From: a virus
Strand: one strand, 5' to 3'
Length of the DNA: 64,000 nucleotides
IMG/VR virus record: IMGVR_UViG_3300002039_000001
Coordinates: 1-64,000 of that record
Part shown: positions 37,012 to 44,697 of the stretch, in pieces
Numbering within the stretch: the stretch's first letter is position 1
How the letters are laid out: each line of letters opens with the position of its first letter
The notes under the pieces: model-generated
What the model saw: only the letters and a program-made list of their open reading frames with translations
Databases searched by the model: none
Told to the model about the DNA's origin: nothing
Made by a program: the position numbers and the translations under genes

Positions 37012-37346
37012 GATTCAGGGTGGCTATCTTCGTGGTTTGCGGGGTCCTTGTGATCGTGGTCGCCGCTGTGTCGGCGTGGGTGTCTACGCTGCTCGTCCCG
37101 TCCGGGTTGCCTAGGGTCGCCGGGTTGGGGTTGGCGTTCATGTGTGGTGTGTGGTCGTACAACGTGATCACGAAACCGTTGTGGCGTTGGTTGTCGACCC
37201 GCTTGTTTTTCCGTGGCTATGAGAATCCGCATGTTCACATGTGGCAGTTGCATCACATCAATCATCAGGCCGGTTTGACTGTTCTTCGTTGTTGGTCTTG
37301 CGGTGAACGGTCCACTCATCTAACAGAAGGAGCATCACATGAGTAG
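37008..37346 (+). CDS. membrane protein
   Basis: 112 aa with hydrophobic helices (VAIFVVCGVLVIVVAAV, GLGLAFMCGVWSY). Confidence 0.55.
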   Translation: MRFRVAIFVVCGVLVIVVAAVSAWVSTLLVPSGLPRVAGLGLAFMCGVWSYNVITKPLWRWLSTRLFFRGYENPHVHMWQLHHINHQAGLTVLRCWSCGERSTHLTEGASHE

Positions 37347-37746
37347 CGCGTATCGGAAGGCGTTGGAGGTTCAGAAGGAGAAGGACCGCGCGAACATCGA
37401 AGCACGGAACAAGGCGGACCGGGCGAACAGCACGATCCGTGGCATCATCCGCATGAACGCGATCAACGCGATCCATGACAGGATGAGCACGTACGACATG
37501 CAAGACAGGTTCAGTGATGACCCGGAGTGGGCCCACATCGATGTGTCGCAGTTTGAGCGCCACGTCATCCCACCAAGGAGCGACCGCCCCAATGACGGGT
37601 CACCACAACCGGCGAGCAAACGCGACGAGATTGAGATCATGGAGATCATCCCCGGCGCCTACCTCGTTGTTGACCGTAAGAAGGTGTTGGACGAATCGAA
37701 ACGACAACTCGACGAATCGCTCAAGGAACAGCACACCGATGGGTAA
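37339..37746 (+). CDS. hypothetical protein
   Basis: 135-aa charged ORF. Confidence 0.6.
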   Translation: MSSAYRKALEVQKEKDRANIEARNKADRANSTIRGIIRMNAINAIHDRMSTYDMQDRFSDDPEWAHIDVSQFERHVIPPRSDRPNDGSPQPASKRDEIEIMEIIPGAYLVVDRKKVLDESKRQLDESLKEQHTDG

Positions 37747-37924
37747 GACCAAACATCTGTCGATTCGGGTGACGTACGGACAACTGAAACTGTTGGTCGG
37801 TTTGCTCGGCGACGAAGTTTGCACACCGAGACCCACAACATCAGTGGGCAGGATGGAAAGAGAGAAGCTGGAAGCGCTTCTGACCGAGTGCGACGAGCTA
37901 CTGTCGGTGTTGACACCGAATTAG
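37739..37924 (+). CDS. hypothetical small protein
   Basis: ATG 37739 overlaps the previous gene by 8 nt. 61 aa. Last gene of the operon. Confidence 0.45.
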   Translation: MGKTKHLSIRVTYGQLKLLVGLLGDEVCTPRPTTSVGRMEREKLEALLTECDELLSVLTPN

Positions 37925-37993
37925 TCCTGGTGGGTTCGGTCGGCTCATATTAGCCCCGTCCCCCGCGGTTATCCGACTGACCCACCGCCTTTC

Positions 37994-38031
37994 GAGGGAC
38001 GGCCCAGAAGTTGAGCTCCGGGCCGTCCCTC
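37994..38031 (+). terminator. 12-bp GC-rich hairpin after the early operon
   Basis: GAGGGACGGCCC (37994-38005) pairs with GGGCCGTCCCTC (38020-38031). No T-tract. Confidence 0.5.
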
Positions 38032-38054
38032 TCGCGTCCAACCCAAAAATGTAG

Positions 38055-38086
38055 GCACCCGCCGCGGAACTGTTCCGGGCGGGTGC
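38055..38086 (+). terminator. second strong hairpin (15 bp with one bulge)
   Basis: GCACCCGCC-g-CGGAAC-t-GTTCCG-GGCGGGTGC, read directly. Confidence 0.5.
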
Positions 38087-38531
38087 TACTGTTCGAGCCG
38101 TGCAGAACGAACGTAGTCAGTATACCACCGACCGCTAAGCGGGTGGTGCCGGGGAAGCCCCGATGACAGCAGTCTCCCCCTCCGAGGTCGAGGGGACACA
38201 CTCACCACAAATGTGGGACCCCGAAAGGGGCAATCATTCCCAGTGGTCGGAGCAGCTCACCAACTCAGCACAACGTGCGAGGAACACCGGGAGCCGACCA
38301 CTTTCGCAGACATACCCAATGCGAACCAAAGCGCTGACCAGAGCGATATCTGACGGAGTGTGGCGGACACGGTAGCCACCCCGTGACGTTGGTCCGACCC
38401 AGCAAGAGAGACGGAACACCCATAACACAACACCCCTCCCCCAAAGGTGGGGGCAGGACCGCGCACAAAACCACACACAGACACAACAACGAACTATGAT
38501 CCTGTGACGTGACATCATCACCGGTAAACGC

Positions 38532-39149
38532 ATGACGATACTCGCGGACGGATGGGAGAAGCTCGGCACTTGTTCCTACATGGACGTAGCGTCATGGTTC
38601 CCAGAAGAGAACCATGACAACCCCCAAGCGAAACAACTGTGTTTGGGTTGCCCCGTCGCCGCCGAGTGCTTGTTCACCGGTGTGACCGAAGGTCATGAGC
38701 ATGGGATCTGGGGTTCGGTCGGAGCGAACCAGTTCCGAGGGTTAACCCGCAAATGGTCCGGCCTCATCAACCACCACGAAGACGATCGGGAAACAGCGGA
38801 AGCAGTGTTCCTCGACGTATGCGAACAAGTCCTCGGCGATGCACGCAACGGGACGAAGCATCACCTCGTGGCCAACACGAACAGCGTCGGCGTGACCCAC
38901 GGCAGACGATCCACCTTCAACCGCGGGTGTCGATGCAACGCCTGTGTCACAGCGGTTGCGTATGCTTCCGCTGACCGATCGCTGAACCCGTACCTCGAGA
39001 TGTGGGACGAGCTCGAAGCGCACGCCGCTGACTGCCCGTTGAAGCACTGTGAGATTTGCGAGTTCTACGAAACCGAAACCGGCCCGGACCTAGATCAGGT
39101 CCCGGACCTAGATCGGGTCCAGACCCCCAGCACGAAAGTGACAGCATGA
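38532..39149 (+). CDS. whiB: WhiB-like Fe-S transcription factor with a 130-aa C-terminal extension
   Basis: C14...C37-x2-C40-x5-C46 and GIWGS match the WhiB pattern. The extension carries HGRRSTFNRGCRCNAC and CPLKHCEIC. Confidence 0.8.
   Translation: MTILADGWEKLGTCSYMDVASWFPEENHDNPQAKQLCLGCPVAAECLFTGVTEGHEHGIWGSVGANQFRGLTRKWSGLINHHEDDRETAEAVFLDVCEQVLGDARNGTKHHLVANTNSVGVTHGRRSTFNRGCRCNACVTAVAYASADRSLNPYLEMWDELEAHAADCPLKHCEICEFYETETGPDLDQVPDLDRVQTPSTKVTA
39083..39118 (+). repeat. 2 x 18-bp tandem repeat inside the WhiB-like gene
   Basis: CCCGGACCTAGATCAGGT / CCCGGACCTAGATCGGGT (17/18 identical). Encodes PDLDQV-PDLDRV. Confidence 0.9.
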
Positions 39150-39817
39150 ACCAGATTGAACGCATCCGCCAACAAGAATCCGACCTGTTGGACGTCGAGA
39201 ATTTGACATTCGAAACGTGGCGGGACATCGGCGAAGGGATCAGCGTCCTCGACAAGATGTCGTTCTTCCTAACCGGGTTCTGGATACTCGCCGCGGAGGA
39301 AGCAGCGGCCGACGACCCGGACGTGTGGAAGAACCACACCGAAGTAGCCACCAAGATCCTGAAGCATCTGTCACCGGGCCAGATCGCCGAACGCAAATCT
39401 GTCGCAGCGAAGTTCCGTGATCGCCCCGACCTCCGCGAACTCCCCCTGTCATGGACCCACTTCAAGGTCGTCAGGTCCCTTGGTCCTGGCGCGGCTGAGA
39501 AGAAACTTCGCCAAGCCGCCGAGAACGGTTGGGACTCCAAGTACTTGAAGTCGCAGGTCGCCGATTCGAACAACGGTTTGCGTGACATGACCGCCCGAGC
39601 GAAGGGCGAACCAACGAAAGCCGAGATTAAAGCGATCGTGGACCGTCGCATCATCGACTTCCTTGACACGTTCGATCCGTTGGTCGACGACCTCGCCGAC
39701 GACGACGAACTGTTCCTTGTTGACAAGACGGGAACGAAGCGGGGCACACTGGTAGGTGCGACCGTTCACGCAGTCTTAGGTCGTACGAAACGACCGAAAG
39801 AAGTCATCGACGTTTGA
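39146..39817 (+). CDS. hypothetical DNA-binding-like protein
   Basis: ATG 39146 (ATGA overlap). 223 aa. LPLSWTHFKVVRSL...ENGWDSKYLKSQV resembles the N-terminal HTH-like module of DUF1016/YhcG-type proteins (weak). Confidence 0.55.
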   Translation: MNQIERIRQQESDLLDVENLTFETWRDIGEGISVLDKMSFFLTGFWILAAEEAAADDPDVWKNHTEVATKILKHLSPGQIAERKSVAAKFRDRPDLRELPLSWTHFKVVRSLGPGAAEKKLRQAAENGWDSKYLKSQVADSNNGLRDMTARAKGEPTKAEIKAIVDRRIIDFLDTFDPLVDDLADDDELFLVDKTGTKRGTLVGATVHAVLGRTKRPKEVIDV

Positions 39818-39850
39818 TGACAACCAACCTTCAGCACAAGGAGAAACGAA

Positions 39851-40225
39851 ATGGACACAACAGAAACCCCAGGCGACACCGTCCCGAACGACTCGGTCGG
39901 GAAGGTACAGGTACCGGTACGGGCGCCGTCGTCGCTGGTCGATGACATGAACCGGTTACGCCTACAGATCCTCGACGAAATCGAAGAGGCTCAAGCGGTT
40001 CTAAGACGGTGCCATGTTCAGCGTCTCGACATGTTGGAACGTCATGAGAAGGAACTCGCCGTCAACCACGAGCTAGACGATCAACTTCTTCGTCGTCGTG
40101 ATGAACTGGTCGCACGCGCACGGGACGAAGCGAACATCGACGCAGCACAAATCGCTGCGAAACTGCAAGTCACATCGACAGAAGTGGGCGCCTACGTCCG
40201 CGCTCACAACAAACGAAACGAGTAG
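39851..40225 (+). CDS. hypothetical coiled-coil protein
   Basis: 124-aa ORF with RBS aaggagaaacgaa. Confidence 0.55.
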   Translation: MDTTETPGDTVPNDSVGKVQVPVRAPSSLVDDMNRLRLQILDEIEEAQAVLRRCHVQRLDMLERHEKELAVNHELDDQLLRRRDELVARARDEANIDAAQIAAKLQVTSTEVGAYVRAHNKRNE

Positions 40226-40227
40226 CA

Positions 40228-43200
40228 ATGTCAGCCCTTCAAGCACTCAAAGCAGGACGAGCCACACCACCGCCACAACTTGGAACGAACCGGCTCCGAG
40301 CTCGTGTGTACGACAACATCCGCAACGAAACGTTTGCGGAAGCGTTGTTGACCGGCGCGAACGTGACGACACCATGGAACTTCCGCAACTGCCGCGGTCT
40401 CCGGTTCCCGCTCTTGACCTTGAGGGACCTCGCCACGTCGAGCGGACCAACGAACAATTTCCGTAATCCGCTGGTCCGCTTCGACGACTGCGAAGACATC
40501 CTGATCGAAGACCTGATCGTGATCAACGTCAACCGCATGGGCGACGGTCAACACCGCCAAGACGTCATCTTCCTGAACAACGTCCCCGGGTTCCGCATCC
40601 GCCGAGCTTGGGTTGTCGACCTGCATTCGCCGCACATCAAACCCGGCAAACGAGTCGACGAAGGACACCGCCTTGTCTACGGACAAGGCAACCTCGAAGG
40701 TTTCGAAATGACCGATGGGACGTACCGGAACTGTGGTCGTAACCTCGTGCAACTCGCACGGTCCACCGGGTCAGGTCTCATCGCACGCAACGCCACGTTC
40801 GGGCGTGGCCCACGCGACTCCTCATATGAGGACATGATCAACACATACGGGCACCAAGCCACCGCCAACGCCCCGCTGATCCAGCAACACAACTTCTTTC
40901 AATACGGCGGACCGTCACTATCGGGCACCGGGACGATCGTCGGTGACGGCGGCAACAACCGTCCGACGCGACACGTTCACGCAATCGAAAACATCTATCG
41001 CAGCACCGGAGCGGTCGGGTTGAACATGGGCGGAGGCGAACACAACAAAGCCCTCGGCAACATCATGTTCAACGACATCGATGTCAACGACCCCGAATCC
41101 GTTGGTGTCGTCTGCAACGACTACCGGTACGCAGGCACAGCACGCGACATCGAAGTGCGCGGCAACCGTTCATGGTGGCGCAACAACCTCCCATATAACG
41201 GTCGGGTACGCGGCGGGGAAGTGAACCACGCATACATCAACCGCAACCGCATCGACGGTTACACCATCGAAGACAACCATTGGGGCGACGCCTCCCTGCT
41301 TGACATCGATCTGAATTGGACCGGACCAGCAGGATTCACTCAACCGCCACCGGTACCAGACACGCCGATCATCATTCAGCCACCCACCGAACCAGTACCA
41401 GACAATCTGCGCATCATTGAGCTTGAGACGCAAGGACGTTCAGGCGAGGAACGGTTCACGCTCACCCTCGGCGAAGCAGAATTTGCCGATGTTCAACCCG
41501 GACGCTTGACATTCGAAACGAACAGCATCGACCGCGACCCAGACATCAGCATCATGTTCACGAACGACGCACCAGGACGAGACCTCGGATTCGTTTCATT
41601 ATCCATCGACGGACGTCAAGTCGCCGACCGGAACACACCGGGATACTTCTCCGATGGCACATGGCCACACGGCGGTGAACGCACCGCGTCCGAAGATATC
41701 GAACCGTTGCACCGCGGATGGTTGCACTACAACGACGGGAACCTGTTCTTCCGTGACCTCGTCGCTGCGCACCTCGCACAGTTCCCCGAACCACTGGAAT
41801 CACCACCCGAACCAGCACCGGAGCCGATGCCGGAACCGAAACCCGAGCCGGAAGATCCGTTGCCGCCGATCGTCACGCCACCCGTCACTAACCCACCTCC
41901 GGTTGTGGACATCACACCGATCGACATCGACGAAGCACCACAACAGCCTGACATCCCGATGATTTTCGGGCTACCAAAAACGCAAGTCCGCGCGATCGTC
42001 GCCGCGTTCCTGATCCTTGTCCTATCGGCACTCATCGCAGCGGTCGCGATAGCAGCCCTCGCCGTCGACCAATACCTGAACACCACCGACGCCGGAGCCA
42101 CACCAACCACCACGATCCCGACCCAAGGACCGTCCACGATCCCCGCCACAACCGACACCGTCGCACCAACAACCGAAGCGCCGACATCGACCACAACCGT
42201 CGTACCCGACGCAGGAGACCGCATGTCATGGGGAGGACAGTTGAACTCGGCGACCGACTGGCCCATCCGAAACACCGACATTGATTTCCGACTGGACCAC
42301 GCATCCACTCCCGCGGAAGACATCAACGTCGACGACATGCTGGAAGCATCGAACCAACGCATCCTCATCGGAGCGTCAACACCGGTGAAGAGCTTGGGGC
42401 AGTTCCGAACGAAATGCTCGTTCTCACATTTGGCGTACGACGACCCGATCGTGTTCCCCGGTCAACCCGGCGCCGCTCACCTCCATGTGTTCTTCGGTAA
42501 CACCATGACCAACGCTCACTCCACATCCCAGACCATCCACGACACCGGGTCGTCAACGTGCAACGGATATGAAGGGAACCGCACCGGATACTGGGCACCC
42601 GCAGCGATCGACACCAACGGCGCAGTACGAATCCCCGACTTCCTCACCGTCTACTACAAGTCGCACAGCAACCGGGCAGGTAACGTACTCCGACTCCCCG
42701 ACGACCTCGCGTTCGTGTCACCCACCGGAACGACCCTCGGCAACAACCCACTACTACGCTGGTACTGCTCAGACCACGGAGCCGACGCCGCCCGAAACCA
42801 AAACCAATACAACACCTCCGAAACGATCCCGACATGTGAGGACCGGCACTACCTCATCGCCCACATCGGGTTCGGGAACTGCATCCGAGACGCCGCCACC
42901 ATCGACGGAACCAACATCAACTCGAGCCCACTGGTCGCCTACCCACTCGGCGGTTTCTTCTGGGGCAACTGCCCCAACGGACACGTCTACGCCACCGCCA
43001 TCGAATACGAAGTCGAATGGGCACCCGGCCAACACCAAGGATCAGCCGACTGGATTCTGAGCTCGGACGTGAACCACGCCGAAGGCGGGCAATGGCCCAA
43101 CGGGTCCACCCTCCACGGTGATTGGATGAACGGTTGGAACCCTGACCTGTTCGACCAGATCCACGACACATGCGTCGATCAGCTCGCCGACTGCCGATGG

Positions 43201-43368
43201 GATCACGTCGCCGACAACCAACGTTTGATCCGTGTCGAGCACTTCGGTAACCGTGCCCCAGGCGCGTACACCGGCCCGAACGTGATCCCCGGTGAACAAG
43301 TGTTAGCCGGGTTGTGCCCGGGCCAAGAGTTCACCGGTCAACACTCAGTGTCAGCATGCACTAGCTAG
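40228..43368 (+). CDS. single-pass membrane protein: N-terminal beta-helix-like domain, Pro-rich linker, TM helix, Thr/Pro linker, C-terminal DUF1996-like domain
   Basis: 1046 aa. PbH1-like repeats (IEDLIVINVN, GLIARNATFG, HAIENIYRSTGAVGLNMGGG, IMFNDIDVND, RDIEVRGN). PEPAPEPMPEPKPEPEDP. TM AIVAAFLILVLSALIAAVAIAALAV. ATPTTTIPTQGPSTIPATTDT. AYDDPIVFPGQPGAAHLHVFFGN...STC...GYWAP matches the DUF1996 signature. Confidence 0.75.
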   Translation: MSALQALKAGRATPPPQLGTNRLRARVYDNIRNETFAEALLTGANVTTPWNFRNCRGLRFPLLTLRDLATSSGPTNNFRNPLVRFDDCEDILIEDLIVINVNRMGDGQHRQDVIFLNNVPGFRIRRAWVVDLHSPHIKPGKRVDEGHRLVYGQGNLEGFEMTDGTYRNCGRNLVQLARSTGSGLIARNATFGRGPRDSSYEDMINTYGHQATANAPLIQQHNFFQYGGPSLSGTGTIVGDGGNNRPTRHVHAIENIYRSTGAVGLNMGGGEHNKALGNIMFNDIDVNDPESVGVVCNDYRYAGTARDIEVRGNRSWWRNNLPYNGRVRGGEVNHAYINRNRIDGYTIEDNHWGDASLLDIDLNWTGPAGFTQPPPVPDTPIIIQPPTEPVPDNLRIIELETQGRSGEERFTLTLGEAEFADVQPGRLTFETNSIDRDPDISIMFTNDAPGRDLGFVSLSIDGRQVADRNTPGYFSDGTWPHGGERTASEDIEPLHRGWLHYNDGNLFFRDLVAAHLAQFPEPLESPPEPAPEPMPEPKPEPEDPLPPIVTPPVTNPPPVVDITPIDIDEAPQQPDIPMIFGLPKTQVRAIVAAFLILVLSALIAAVAIAALAVDQYLNTTDAGATPTTTIPTQGPSTIPATTDTVAPTTEAPTSTTTVVPDAGDRMSWGGQLNSATDWPIRNTDIDFRLDHASTPAEDINVDDMLEASNQRILIGASTPVKSLGQFRTKCSFSHLAYDDPIVFPGQPGAAHLHVFFGNTMTNAHSTSQTIHDTGSSTCNGYEGNRTGYWAPAAIDTNGAVRIPDFLTVYYKSHSNRAGNVLRLPDDLAFVSPTGTTLGNNPLLRWYCSDHGADAARNQNQYNTSETIPTCEDRHYLIAHIGFGNCIRDAATIDGTNINSSPLVAYPLGGFFWGNCPNGHVYATAIEYEVEWAPGQHQGSADWILSSDVNHAEGGQWPNGSTLHGDWMNGWNPDLFDQIHDTCVDQLADCRWDHVADNQRLIRVEHFGNRAPGAYTGPNVIPGEQVLAGLCPGQEFTGQHSVSACTS

Positions 43369-43436
43369 ATCCGACATTGGCACATCGACGTGTGCTACAT
43401 TTGGTGTTGCCTCCAAGCAGAAAGAAACAACACCAC

Positions 43437-44180
43437 ATGCAACGATTCCTTTCATCGTCACTAGTCCTGCTGCTGACGTTCGCCGCGTTCTACATGACGC
43501 ACATGGCGACACCACCAGACCCCGGGCTGGTGTCATCACCGACGACCACATCGTCGACGTCGACGATCCAAATGTATGACCCGTCCGCTCAACCTACAGC
43601 GCCGCTCACGTTGGAAGACTTGCCGTACGACCCGAACACCGGGTCCTATCTTGTCGATGCGGAGGCGTTGGAAACGTTGGCACGCAACCGTGCGTTGAAC
43701 GCCAACATCGAAGCCGACCTTTTACCCGCCGACCTACTCCCGGGCATCGCGGTGGACGCCCCCAACGTCGGACGCATCATCGAAGAACACACAGCGTCTG
43801 AGATAGTGGCACCCCCGATCGACGCTGACCCGTACACACTCCAAGCGTACGTTCAGACGATCGCAGCGTCCGAGTACGGGTGGCACGGCCAACAATGGGA
43901 CGACCTCGTGTGGCTCCTGAACGAAGAGTCAACATGGCGGGCCGACGTACGCAACCCCGGAAGCACCGCAGCCGGGTTGTTTCAGTTCCTTAGTAGCACC
44001 GCACGCATATATGGCATCGACCACCCCAGCACTACGGGCAGGTTCGCGACGGTGTCCGAACAGACACGAGCCGGATTGTTGTACATCTCGGATAGGTACG
44101 GCGACCCGACCAGTGCCAAAGCCCGATGGTTGTGGAACTGCCGCAACAACCCGCAACTACGCTTCCCCTGCTTCTACTGA
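43437..44180 (+). CDS. secreted or anchored lytic transglycosylase (SLT-like) protein
   Basis: ATG 43437. Signal-like MQRFLSSSLVLLLTFAAFYM, Ser/Thr linker, LLNEESTWRADVRNPGSTAAGLFQFLSSTARIYG (ES...AGL.Q pattern). Confidence 0.6.
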   Translation: MQRFLSSSLVLLLTFAAFYMTHMATPPDPGLVSSPTTTSSTSTIQMYDPSAQPTAPLTLEDLPYDPNTGSYLVDAEALETLARNRALNANIEADLLPADLLPGIAVDAPNVGRIIEEHTASEIVAPPIDADPYTLQAYVQTIAASEYGWHGQQWDDLVWLLNEESTWRADVRNPGSTAAGLFQFLSSTARIYGIDHPSTTGRFATVSEQTRAGLLYISDRYGDPTSAKARWLWNCRNNPQLRFPCFY

Positions 44181-44389
44181 TGGGGACGCTACGACTATCT
44201 GAGGACGGTAAGACGTGGCTTACCGGTGGCCGGTTCATCCCAGATATACCAGTCGGCGGGTTCAACATCGACCACGACGACGAAACTGAAGGCGACGGTC
44301 TGGGCCGTCTCAACTGCCGGAAGTGTTGCCAATGGCGCGACGACGACGCAGTCGATCGACTTTGCGAGGACTGCTATGACCGTGTCTGA
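44180..44389 (+). CDS. small Cys-rich protein
   Basis: TGATG overlap. 69 aa. LNCRKCCQWRDDDAVDRLCEDCYDRV. Confidence 0.45.
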   Translation: MGTLRLSEDGKTWLTGGRFIPDIPVGGFNIDHDDETEGDGLGRLNCRKCCQWRDDDAVDRLCEDCYDRV

Positions 44390-44495
44390 ATTTGGGTCTG
44401 TGATGCTGTGGGCAGGCCTCAACGTCGCGGTCGCTTTCACGATCGCATACACAGCAACACGCACATACTTTTGGTGGAAGGACCAGCACAAATGA
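44376..44495 (+). CDS. possible 39-aa membrane peptide
   Basis: MTVSEFGSVMLWAGLNVAVAFTIAYTATRTYFWWKDQHK. Overlaps its neighbours at both ends. Confidence 0.25.
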   Translation: MTVSEFGSVMLWAGLNVAVAFTIAYTATRTYFWWKDQHK

Positions 44496-44695
44496 ACCTG
44501 AAAGAAGCACGCAAGCAAGGCCGATACGTCGACGTCGTAGACCTCGGACGAGACGCATACCCCATCGACGCACACTTCTCCGTGTCCGCGGATCAGATAC
44601 CTGAACCGCACGACCGAACACGGTTCCGTGAAGTCCTCTACCAAGGACAACCCCTCGAAATTGTGTCGGTCCGTCGACCAGTCTGGGGTACGTAA
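44492..44695 (+). CDS. hypothetical small protein
   Basis: ATG 44492 (ATGA overlap). 67 aa. Confidence 0.45.
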   Translation: MNLKEARKQGRYVDVVDLGRDAYPIDAHFSVSADQIPEPHDRTRFREVLYQGQPLEIVSVRRPVWGT

Positions 44696-44697
44696 CC

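Noticed and set aside
38087-38110. GTTCGAGCC resembling a tRNA T-loop.
   Set aside because: The flanking five-nucleotide segments (TACTG / CGTGC) cannot form a T-stem, and no acceptor or anticodon arms could be drawn. No tRNA was recognised here, in 9281-9505 or in the other gaps.
38163-38375. 70-aa ORF inside the 607-nt structured region.
   Set aside because: Only a weak GGGGAAG lies upstream. The ORF runs through several strong hairpins, and its composition is not distinguishable from non-coding sequence. Left unannotated but mentioned in the finding.
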